A DNA stretch of 63,583 nt, filler included, from Reticulomyxa filosa (Eukaryota; Protista; Foraminifera), in assembly GCA_000512085.1 (NCBI GenBank). It is 11 parts of 11 records of this genome, joined end to end, with 100 filler letters (N's around TTAATTAATTAA, not from the genome) between each part and the next. Parts side by side here need not be neighbours in the genome. Positions count along the whole stretch, not along the records: positions 53,749 to 55,313 come from ASPP01008502.1; positions 55,414 to 63,583 come from ASPP01005668.1; 9 more parts are not named here. One strand, given 5' to 3'. The stretch's first letter is position 1, and the number at the start of each line of letters is the position of its first letter. A program made the position numbers and the translations under genes. Positions 53,649-63,583 of the stretch are shown piece after piece. The notes under the pieces are model-generated. The model saw only the letters and a program-made list of their open reading frames with translations. It did no database searches and had not been told where the DNA came from.

Positions 53649-54544
53649 NNNNNNNNNNNNNNNNNNNNNNNNNNNNNNNNNNNNNNNNNNNNTTAATTAA
53701 TTAANNNNNNNNNNNNNNNNNNNNNNNNNNNNNNNNNNNNNNNNNNNNAATAGTGGATGGTTTGCATGTTTGTTCAACCTTGTCATACGTGTTGGCTCTT
53801 ATTTGCTGATCCAATGTTTGTTTGTTATCTTTTTTAATTTTGGTTATTGTGGTTGCTGTCTTGCCTTTTTTACTCTTTTTTTTACTTTTTTTCTTTGAGT
53901 CGCTCTTGCTGCCTGTTTTCTTGGACCGTTTGCATTCTCCTTTTTTGTACGATTTACTGTTTGTACTTCCTTCCTCTTTGTGGTTTGTCATTTTGTTACT
54001 CTTTTGACGCGATTGAGGGTCAAAATATGTTTCGACTCCATTGGGTGTCGCTGGTGAAATTATTATGCAAAGTCGAGCTGAGGACATTATTTTGCAGAAC
54101 AAAACCTTAAAGCACTTTCTTTCTCCCGAAATTTCGCTTTCAAAAGCGTGTTTTAGTGTACTGGTACAACAGTCCAAACTTTTACAGATGTAGAAACATT
54201 GGAAGTGCTTATACTGTCTTTGTTCAATCGTATCAATTGTGACAGAAAGTTTAAAATATTTTCTTGCACTAATTTAATTAGGCACTTTTAAAATACTAAG
54301 TACTATGACTTTGGTGTTCAAATTTCATATTGCTTATCTTTAAAAAATGTTAATGATTATCATTTGGTTTGTGTTAAGTGTTTTTAAGCAAATCTTTCTT
54401 ACGGTTGCTCTGAGGTTGAAGGAACAAAAGACAAATGAACGGCAAGAGTTTGGAACCAATAAAAACGACTTTTCATCCTTCTCGACAAACCATTCGCTTT
54501 TGTGACGTTTACAAATATATAAGCAAAGTAAATTATTTTCAAAA

Positions 54545-55295
54545 ATGGGGATGAATATGGGTACATTGAATTCTGATGCTCCAACAAAGGTGGAAGACAT
54601 TGACAGTTCACTGCTGTGGCTAAAGCACGTGCGTAGCACAAGGAGGCGAGAAGAATATAAATTACTTCGAAAAATAGGGCGAATGGGTTGTCAAGGAGAA
54701 GACCGCAAAATAGTTTGGTCAAAAGCAACAAATGCAACTCAAAAAGATATTGAAAGTTATGAAAGATGGAGCAAAAGTTTGTTTGAAGGCATAGAAATGC
54801 GAGATTTCCCACAGTTTCCGATGTTCGGAAGCAAATGCCGTTTCAAAACCTTGTCACCAGAAAAGAAATATAATGCACGAAAAATATTAGTTGTTTTGGC
54901 AGTCGAACACGATTCATTGCGGTATTGTCCTCAAATTCCATTTGTCGTGGTAATTGATTACTATTACTATTATACACACATGATAAAATAATAATATATA
55001 TATATAATTATACGTACTATTTTTTTTTTTAGGAAAAAAAAATACCTTTCCCACAACCCTCTCTTCCCCTTTGCCGTTCATTTTCTTTTCCTCTTTGGCA
55101 AAAAAAAGCCAAATGAAAATAACCAACCCCTAAGGAAACGATGGTCCATCACGTCGATGAAGCAACAGCATTTGCGATAGTGAACGCCATGGTCACGATT
55201 TCGAAAAAAAATCATTGGTACTTTCGAACCGATTTTTTTCATTTTCGTGTTCGATTACGCGCGTTTTTGGATCTGTTTGCCGATCAAGTGAAAGT
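54545..55295 (+). CDS. Rab-GAP TBC-domain protein, N-terminal part (TBC1D24-like); truncated by gap
   Basis: LLRKIGRMGCQGEDRKIVW, ARKILVVLAVEHDSLRYCPQIPFVV, and the next exon VDEATAFAIVNAMV. Confidence 0.7.
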
Positions 55296-55517
55296 GTGAG
55301 TGTGTGTGTGTGTNNNNNNNNNNNNNNNNNNNNNNNNNNNNNNNNNNNNNNNNNNNNTTAATTAATTAANNNNNNNNNNNNNNNNNNNNNNNNNNNNNNN
55401 NNNNNNNNNNNNNAAAAAAAAAAAAAAAAAAGGGGGAGAGTAGAATGTATACGTTTCATTATTTATTTGCATGAGAGATGTGCATACATGTGACTACGAT
55501 CACAATATAAAAAAATA

Positions 55518-55934
55518 GTGGGCCACAAACGATCCGAATTACAAACCATGCCTGATTTTAAGATAGTGAATTTGGAATTGTGTATGCCCCATGAGGTGTG
55601 GTGGTGCACAGGAGAACAAAAAGATGATATTGTTGAGAACGACGGATTGAATAGCAACGGCTCAGTCGTAAAAGAATCCAAGGCACAAATTCATGAACGC
55701 ATCAAACAGTTTAAAGACTTTATCGTCAATCAAAGAGAAGAAGATAATATTCTGCTTGTTGGACATTCACGCTGGTTTCGTGAACTGGTCGGCAGCAAAG
55801 AAAAATTAAATAACTGTGAAATGATGCGTGTAGTCGTCGACAAGAAAACGGGTGATGTCATTTCGTACCAAGTTGTCAATTTCAAACTTCATACAAATTT
55901 TGATTCTTTTACCCAAAACTCAACATCAGACTAA
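55518..55934 (+). CDS. Histidine phosphatase/phosphoglycerate-mutase-like protein, C-terminal exon
   Basis: ESKAQIHERIKQFKDFI...NILLVGHSRWFREL...LNNCEM. Confidence 0.75.
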   Translation: MGHKRSELQTMPDFKIVNLELCMPHEVWWCTGEQKDDIVENDGLNSNGSVVKESKAQIHERIKQFKDFIVNQREEDNILLVGHSRWFRELVGSKEKLNNCEMMRVVVDKKTGDVISYQVVNFKLHTNFDSFTQNSTSD

Positions 55935-56764
55935 CCAGTTTTTTTTTTTGCTTTGCCTTGTTTTATAGCTGAACTCATTTTCTTTAATTGTGTTAAACAC
56001 ATTCCCTGTTATCCTTAGTTTTTTATCTGTCGTGATTTTTTTTCCCATCTCTTTTTTTTTTCCCTTTATTTCGCTTTTTTTCCAAAGCTACGAAACGATA
56101 ACGATCAAAAGTGTTTTACTTGCAAGCAACTCAGTCTTTTTTTTGTTAGTTTCATTTGTACAGAAGATATTGTTTTTTGTATCATTTGTTTCAATTACTT
56201 TCACACACAAGCTCTGGAAAATTATGATCCAAATGTTCGATTTTTTAGTGGCTGTTTCAGTCATTGATGTGAGAAAATGTTTAATCCCCTTAATGCAATC
56301 CTTGACTGAAATTAATATCTATGCATTGCCATTCTTGGCGATCGGATACTTTTACAATTTTGTAAAGTTATAAATTAAAATATATGAAACTTTCGTTCTT
56401 TTACTTTATGGAGTAAGAACAAGATTCATGTATTTCTAGGCACATGAATCTATTATTACGCAGTTTCACTTTCACATTTCAATTTTTTGCACCAAAGGAT
56501 TATATTTAACTTAAAAAGTCGTATTGGTTTGTGTTAAAAAACTTCTGGGCTCTGAGCTCATGCAAAACGTTGTCCGAAGTATCGCGTGCGGCAATTCGCA
56601 AAGCAGGGCTTTGAGAAGGGATTAAAAAAAAAGATGAAATAGCCCAGCGAAGTCATTAAATCTCCTTTTCATAATTCAGGAGTTAAGTTCTCAAGTTAAA
56701 AAAAAAAGAGCAAATCAAAATAGCTTCCAAAAAAAGGATAACGTTTCTTTTTTCTGGAGTGAAA

Positions 56765-57614
56765 TTAGTTCAACTCTTCTATTTCCTCATTGGCTTGTCC
56801 CTGTTGTGCAGCGGTCTCTGGTTTAGCAGTTTCTTCTTGTTTAGCAGTTTCTTCTTGTTTGTGTGAATGATCATGTGTGCAATGCTCATGTCCAGCGTGA
56901 GAATGATCATGAGCATGATCGTGGGCATGGTCATGGGGATGATTGTGGTCATGAGCGTGATCATGAGCGTGGTCATGGACATGCTCTGCGCTTTGGGCAT
57001 CTTTTTGTTCATTTAATTCATCGTCAATTCCGTCAATTGGCGCGTCATCATCTTCCTCATTGTCTTCACTGTCACTGTCATCCTCTGGTAGTTCATCATT
57101 TGCACCACCGCCCATCTCTTCCATGCCAGGTAAACCACCTTGATAGTTTTGCCAATCGTCTTGTGACGTGTCCAAACCTTTCTTTTGGTATCGTCTTCGT
57201 CAATAAATTTTTCCCAATCAATTTTGCATGCCATCTTTTTTTTTTTTTTTTTTAAAGAAAATTTTATACGGACTTTCGCAATGGTGAGAACAAACAAAAA
57301 TTAACTTTGTATTTTTTTTTGTCTTGTTCTGATAACAAATGTGGCCACCAAGAGTTTGCATCTTCCTTTTCCAATAAGAATGACACCAATCTTTTGATCG
57401 AGTAACGTGCTGTCTTGGGATTGATTGGAAAACGAAATTTGAATGACAAAGTATAGAGTTTATCGTGGGATGTGCCGGAAAACTCTAATCCTTCTTTCGT
57501 TATTTCTACTTTCAAATCTTTTTCATTAACATCGGTCAAGTCGATTTTAACGTACACATTTTTTTTGTCTTGGGCCCATAAAAAATTAGGAACTAAAGCT
57601 TTTGATTGTGCCAT
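56765..57614 (-). CDS. p23/Sba1 (CS-domain) Hsp90 co-chaperone with acidic and His-rich tail
   Basis: PNFLWAQDKKNVYVKIDL, WWPHLL, CKIDWEKFIDEDD. One intron at ~57305-57236 and a probable homopolymer frameshift at ~57185. Confidence 0.85.
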
Positions 57615-58305
57615 ATTTTTTTTAAGTTTCAGCTATCTAATTAAAGAAAAAACCTAATTGCTGAATTTTTTTTTCCTTTTTTCTGAAAAAAAGTTTGGTA
57701 CTTTGGGCTGTCTGTAACATTTTTAATCACAACATTTTGATATCTAACATTTGCTGTAGTGCAATATTATACAAATACATATAAGTTGTATTAACTTTCA
57801 TTGTATGCTATTTCTGAAGAAAAAGAATGATATTATCCATAGATCGTGGCACAGTGGTACAGTAAAAGGATAAACGTTGTACAATTAACCTTAAATTTTA
57901 ATCATTGAACTCAAAAAACCTACTAGAATAACTTACATAAACAGATACAGATGTTTCAAATTATTTCGTTCATATTAATCACTGATTCATGATTAAGCAT
58001 ATTCAAACAACTGTATTTGTTAAAAAATATCATAGCACAGGAAAATAAACTACCTATTTTATGTTATTTAAATGATTCCTTTTTTTGCTTTGATAATTCT
58101 TTTTTTATTTGGTATATCGGTCAAAAATGCGAGTTAAACAAATACTTTCGCATAAGTTCAAAAAAGTTAATGTAAATGACTGTGAAGTGAAATGGCAAAT
58201 AAACATGTTCGCTTAAAGATATGGAAGAGCGCCGAGTAAAAAGTGTAGAAAAACCCTTTTAAGAGATCTTTTCTTTTTCTGAAATAAATCTACTTAGAAC
58301 GTGCA

Positions 58306-59231
58306 ATGTCTCAGGCACCTCATACAGCTCCACTCCGAAAGGACGATCAGCTGCAAGTAGGCGATCGCGTAGTAGTGGATAAAGATAAGAACGGACAGGT
58401 CAAATGGATCGGCGAACACCAAGTACTAGGCACTGGAAAGCACTATGGTATTCGTTTGACGGAAAAACGTGGCCTGTGCAATGGAACGTATAAAGAAGTG
58501 AAATTTTTTTGGTGTCCGGATAACTATGGGGTATTAGTACCTGCAAACCGTATTACCGGTCGCTATTTGGATGCCGACTTTGATTTCCGGGACGAAAAGG
58601 AACCAGTCAAAGTTGACCCTGCCATTGAGCAAATTCGACAAAAGCGAAAGGAGATACAAAATTTGAAAAAAAGTAAAAAAAAAAAAAAAAACTTTTTTTT
58701 AAATATAAAAAAAAAGGAATATTTTGGGGACCTATATGGCAACGATGAACAAACTTGTATTTATTTATTCACTTATTTTTTTATTTTAAAAAAAAAAAGA
58801 AATTTCGAGCATTGGACAAAAGTGGAGACTTGTTAGTGGACCAAGCGGAATTCTATAAATTGGTAACAGGCAGTGAAGGATTGTTTCCAAAAATGACAAC
58901 ATTGGAAGTAAAAAAATTATTTGAAGAAATTGATGTGACAAAATCGGGAAAAATAAGCTTTGCGGAATTTGACGCCTGGGTGCAATCGCTTGGTGGAATC
59001 CATGTGATGGAACATAAAGACTTTGCCAAAATTCGACAACAATTTATTGAGATGGACATTAATAAAGATAAAAAAATCTCATTGGAAGAATTCTCTGTCG
59101 CTTTTCAAAAGGTGTTCCCCAAACTGAGTAAAGTGGATGTTACGCAGCTGTTCCGTGAAATTGATGCAAGTGGCAATGGCACTATCGAGTTCAGTGAATT
59201 CGATGCTTGGGTGAAACTTCAAGAGTTATAA
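58306..59231 (+). CDS. CAP-Gly domain plus four EF-hands
   Basis: VGDRVVV...GQVKWIG...YGIRL..KRGLCNGTYKEVKFFWC...GVLV. EF loops DKSGDLLVDQAE, DVTKSGKISFAE, DINKDKKISLEE, DASGNGTIEFSE. Intron at ~58673-58799. Confidence 0.88.
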
Positions 59232-60147
59232 TGACATATCTTTTTTTAAAGGGAGGATATGTTGTTTTTTTTTAACCTTGGCGAAACATTGTAGAGGGGG
59301 GCGCAGCAAAGTTAAAAAAAAGGTAAAATAAATTTTAAATTTTTTCCCCCTTCTTTTAGTGGGATTTCATGTAATTACATTGTTGATCCTGCAAATAATT
59401 TTTTAAACCACTTATTTCACACGTTTGGATTTGATTACATTGTTTACCATGGAATATGATCGACTCACGCTTTTTTCAAATGTCTTATGAGAGGGGAATG
59501 TAAGGGTTCTTCTGTCATTTTCTTTAGTGTTTTGGATATCTGTGTTGTATCACTTTGCAACAGTGGCTCATTCAGCCAAGAATTTTTTTTGAAAGGATAT
59601 CTGATGACTAGCATGAACCTTTTCAGGCTCAAAAATTCCTAATGTTGAAATCAATGTGTAAAGAAAATTTTTTGTTTGAACGAAATTGCAATTGGGTAGA
59701 TGTAAAACAATCGTTTGGAGGATGCAATAAATGGAGAATATACGCTATAAAAAAGGACGAAAAAAATTAACCACTTTATCTTACAAAAAAAAAATATGGC
59801 ACGCCAAAACAAAAGGAGCGAAATTGTCTCAACATAATGATAGATAATAAAGTTTAAACTATTAAAAATTATTTTATTTTCAGATACTCTTTTAACAGCC
59901 AAAACTTAACAACCATTTTTCAAATGAGAGGCAAACGTTATTTATGTCTGTTTGTATAAAAATTATATTTAAAGCTTATTCTTTTGAACAATAATATTTT
60001 AAAGAAATTCTTCTACATATTCTTACTATTTCCACGCAAAGCAAAACAATATCTCACAAAAAAAGCGTCGGTGCGAGAAGGGCAAGATTTTTAATTTTTT
60101 TTTGAATATAATCGACCAACAGGATTTTATCTTTTTTTCAATAACTA

Positions 60148-61164
60148 ATGGCTTCCTTGATAACTTTTTGTGCATGGTGGTGTTTTATGCTTTGGTTGTT
60201 TTGTTTTTTTGTGTTTTGTTTTGGAATCTACGCACAGTTTGAAGTAGTATTTGAAAAACTTTCAGCTTGTGAACTAACGGTTGAAGAAAGACTGCAGATA
60301 ATAAAAAGACATTATAAAACTACTATGATATATTTTTGTGAAGAATTTGCTTTGCCAATGGAATTGTCTCAACTCATTGTTCAACAATATTTACCAGAAC
60401 CGCATAATTTTATCAATTTGTGCCCATCAAATGAAAATAATTTATGGTTTGAGACACAATTTTATTGTTATGCGCAGATGGTTTTGCAAATTGTCAAATT
60501 TCTATTGCTTTGTATGCTAGGAGTGAGCATTTTATTAATCCCACTGTTGGGATTTGAAATTGTTGCATTTTTGGATCTTTTAATGAGTCAAAAGGGGATG
60601 ATCTACACAGATGGCATCTGTTCTGCAGATTTTAATACATTTTTTGAATTTTGTTGTCCTGTCTATGTGCTCATATGGCTAACATTTGGTTGGAAAAAAG
60701 CGAATCATGAGAGCTTTTGCAAGGAGTACTCACGTGTTCAAGAAGTTGTTCAAGCTTTAGGAAACAATTGCATGAATGTAAATTATAAACATCTTCCAAA
60801 ACTATTTTACACGTGTGAAGCAATTTTCTGGGGACATATGTACCACATATATTCAGTATTAATGGTGACATGGTTTTGGCTATACTGTATAATCACGGAA
60901 AAATATACAATAACGAGTATTTGGACAGAGAATTGGTGGAATTTTGGATCTACCTGCTTTGCGTATAATTTTTTACCAATTATATGTGCTGTCTCGTTTT
61001 ATCAATGGATGTGGAATGCACACGAGTCCAGTTGTACCAAAGCTAGTAGGCTAACAATGCGACAATTGATGTTAAATCGCTTAAATATCAATTGGTTGGG
61101 CGTACATTTGCAGCTGTACTTCTGCGTAGGCACTGTGATGATGGCCGTAGCTTTTTTTTTGTGA
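60148..61164 (+). CDS. Hypothetical multi-pass membrane protein (338 aa)
   Basis: Intronless ORF with about six hydrophobic segments. Confidence 0.7.
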   Translation: MASLITFCAWWCFMLWLFCFFVFCFGIYAQFEVVFEKLSACELTVEERLQIIKRHYKTTMIYFCEEFALPMELSQLIVQQYLPEPHNFINLCPSNENNLWFETQFYCYAQMVLQIVKFLLLCMLGVSILLIPLLGFEIVAFLDLLMSQKGMIYTDGICSADFNTFFEFCCPVYVLIWLTFGWKKANHESFCKEYSRVQEVVQALGNNCMNVNYKHLPKLFYTCEAIFWGHMYHIYSVLMVTWFWLYCIITEKYTITSIWTENWWNFGSTCFAYNFLPIICAVSFYQWMWNAHESSCTKASRLTMRQLMLNRLNINWLGVHLQLYFCVGTVMMAVAFFL

Positions 61165-61388
61165 CTGAGTCACTTTGCATTGTCAAAGCATGTTTGTTGG
61201 CGTTATGAACTACAAGCAACTTATTTGATGTTTTCATAAATGTAATAACTATTTGAATCATTTTTGATATGTAAGTAAAGGTAAATACACCAGTTTAATC
61301 TTTAAATATAGTAAAGAAGACTCAAATCTCATCACACCCCTTCAATTGTAAGTTCCCACCCTAATGTATTTACATTGACTTAAATTAT

Positions 61389-63535
61389 TCACTCATTCTC
61401 AAGGTCTTCAATACGTAACATTTCTGTCAAGCTGTTGATAACATCTTCACTGGAACTGTCTTGCAATGAAAGGTTAGTCTCTTCATTAAATCGCAATTCT
61501 TCATTAATACTTGCTATCTTTTCAAGGAATTCATTCTCTTCAGTTTCAATACACGATAAACTCTTACCCTTGAACGAAGCAAGCTTATGGGTTTGGAGCT
61601 GACACACGGAATCAGCATCGATTTCCTCAATTATCTCTTCGCCAATACAAAAATTGAGTGATTCAACATCACTATCCAAAAGTAGTCTTGCTGTGGCGAA
61701 CGGACGATGAGCTTGATCTTTTAGTTTCTGCCAACAATCAAACGAATGCACGAAGCAAACATCACATAAAAAAAAAGTATTTGGATCTGTTGAAACTTTG
61801 TAATCAGTCTTGAGTTTCAGGTATTCATTTCGGCTAGTATTTTCTCTTTTGTGACTCACTTCTAATTGTTTTGATAATTCTTCGCATCGTATGGTTTTAT
61901 GTAATAACTGATCTTGTATCGTTGCTAACTCGTGCTTGAGATCTTCTCTTTGCATTTTTAATTGTTGAACTGCACAAATTAATTTTTCCAACTGTCGCTC
62001 ACAATTTTTCACTTCTTGTGTTTTTATTTTTAGCTCTGCATCCTTGAGAATGCCTTTTTTGTAATGCTGCGCTTTGTGCTAAGTTTATTTTATTTTGTCA
62101 TGTTTTCCATCTTCCTTTGATAAAACAAAGAAGTAAGAAACAAATGATCAACTTGTTCAAATTCAGAACACATTGATTGCATTTTATTCTGCAATTGTTG
62201 AGACACTTCTGCCAGTTTTCGATTTTGAGTTTGGCATTCGCGTAACTGACTTTCTAACTGTTACACACCAAATTATCAAACCTTTTCTGTTGTTGTGTGC
62301 ACATCAAGCAAATATATATTTTTATTTTTTTTTAAAGACCTTGTTAATCTCTTTGGCCATTTGTAAATTTTCTTTCTTGCAGGTTTCCAGTTTCTCCAAA
62401 CTTTGTTCTACTCTTTGTTTTTCTTTTTCTAATTCCACTTTTATTGCCTCGTGTTTGCTTTTGTCCTACTCAATTTAAGTAACAGAGATCAAAGAAAATT
62501 ATATTTAAAAAAAGTGTCAAAAGCTTAACAATGTGTTGATTTTGGCAAAGATTCTCCAATAATGCTATCTTTTCTGTCATTTGTTGTAGCGATTTCTGCG
62601 ACAACCAAAACATTTTTTTGGGTGTTGTTTCTTTGTCTGATCACATATAAGTAAACAGACGTACAATATTCATTGCACATCACTTGAGTTTCCTCTGGAA
62701 TAATCAATTCTTTCTCGTTGTAGTTTTTATTTTGTTCCTACGCGAAAAGACATTCGTAGACAAAAAAAAATCAATCAATAAAAAAAGATCAATTTTTCAG
62801 ATGTAACGTCTTTTTTTTTTATTGCCTCCCTCTAGCACAACAAACTTCAGCATTTTGTTTCAACTGTTTGATATTCAACTTTAATTCATCGATATCCACA
62901 TCCGATTTCTGTTAAAAAATAACATCTTGTTTTATTTTTGGTTTGAGTATGTAACAAAATTCAAACATTTTTTTAAAAAACCAGTCTTTGCTGCTTTTCA
63001 GCTTTGAGCAATATGTTGAGATTCTCCATTTCTTTTAATAATTCATTCTGTCTTCTTTCTGTAGCTTGTTTTTCTTGCACCAATGCATCAACTTCTTGTT
63101 CATATATTTTTTTAATTTGTTTCATCTCTTTCTGGCACTCATCGACACGTTTGTGTTCTTTTTCCAGCTTTTTCAATTGATGACATGTCAAAAAGTTATT
63201 CTGTCTTTTACTTTTTTTTGCCATTGTTGTTTGTGCTATGCTAAACTGTTTCCGAATAGATTTGATTTTGCTGATTAATCTTTTTTAGCAACAGGATTTC
63301 ATTGGTCAACTTCCCGTTTTCTAACTGCACGTGTTGTTATATGTATAAATATTTTTTTTTTCTTAACTGTAATAAGAAAAAAAAAAAAAGGTACTAAACT
63401 TTCAGCTGTTCCATTGCAACGGTAGTTTCTTCACATAGATTATTATATTGCTGAGCCTTCATTTGTAGTAAAGTTTTTTCTTCTTTGGACTTGATTTTGA
63501 GCTCATTGATCTATTTTTAAACAATAAGACATCCT
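61389..63535 (-). CDS. Coiled-coil protein, multi-exon, 5' end beyond window
   Basis: E/K/Q-rich heptad ORFs 61389..62012 and 62973..63224 plus intervening exon-like segments. Confidence 0.6.
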
Positions 63536-63583
63536 AAGTTTGCAACCAAAAAAAAAAAAAAAAATTAAAGTTTCTTTTTTTTT

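Noticed and set aside
5300-55413. Recurrent TTAATTAATTAA motif, and ORFs ending in X...LIN
   Set aside because: Artificial six-frame-stop linker inside N spacers; adjacency across these spacers is not biological.
1-63583. tRNA, rRNA, snRNA genes or CRISPR arrays
   Set aside because: The GGTTCGA-like hits I noticed fall in coding exons or lack a cloverleaf; no repeat-spacer array seen by eye.

Overview
AT-rich, intron-containing eukaryotic DNA. It is 11 contigs joined by ten artificial 100-nt spacers (N-run/TTAATTAATTAA/N-run). Poly-A/T introns, poly-Asn tracts, an expanded NACHT-pentapeptide-WD40 family and many pseudogenes suggest a protist such as the foraminiferan Reticulomyxa (inference). 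Main content: a NACHT-type WD40 gene; an SMG1-like PIKK whose two halves sit in permuted order at opposite ends of one 27-kb contig; a degenerate 5'-3' exonuclease; DnaJ; p23; a CAP-Gly/EF-hand protein; TBC, TLDc, PDZ, phosphoglycerate-mutase-like, TOR-like and GBP/VLIG-GTPase fragments or pseudogenes; and an endonuclease-less Penelope-like RT element. Top findings: (1) a deiodinase-like selenoprotein read through an in-frame UGA (GSVT-U-PPF), with a novel N-terminal region and a non-canonical SECIS candidate; (2) the circularly permuted SMG1 contig, whose two ends look like halves of one intron; (3) the EN-deficient PLE with a structured spacer and a second ORF; (4) introns with GTT donors and poly-A acceptors.
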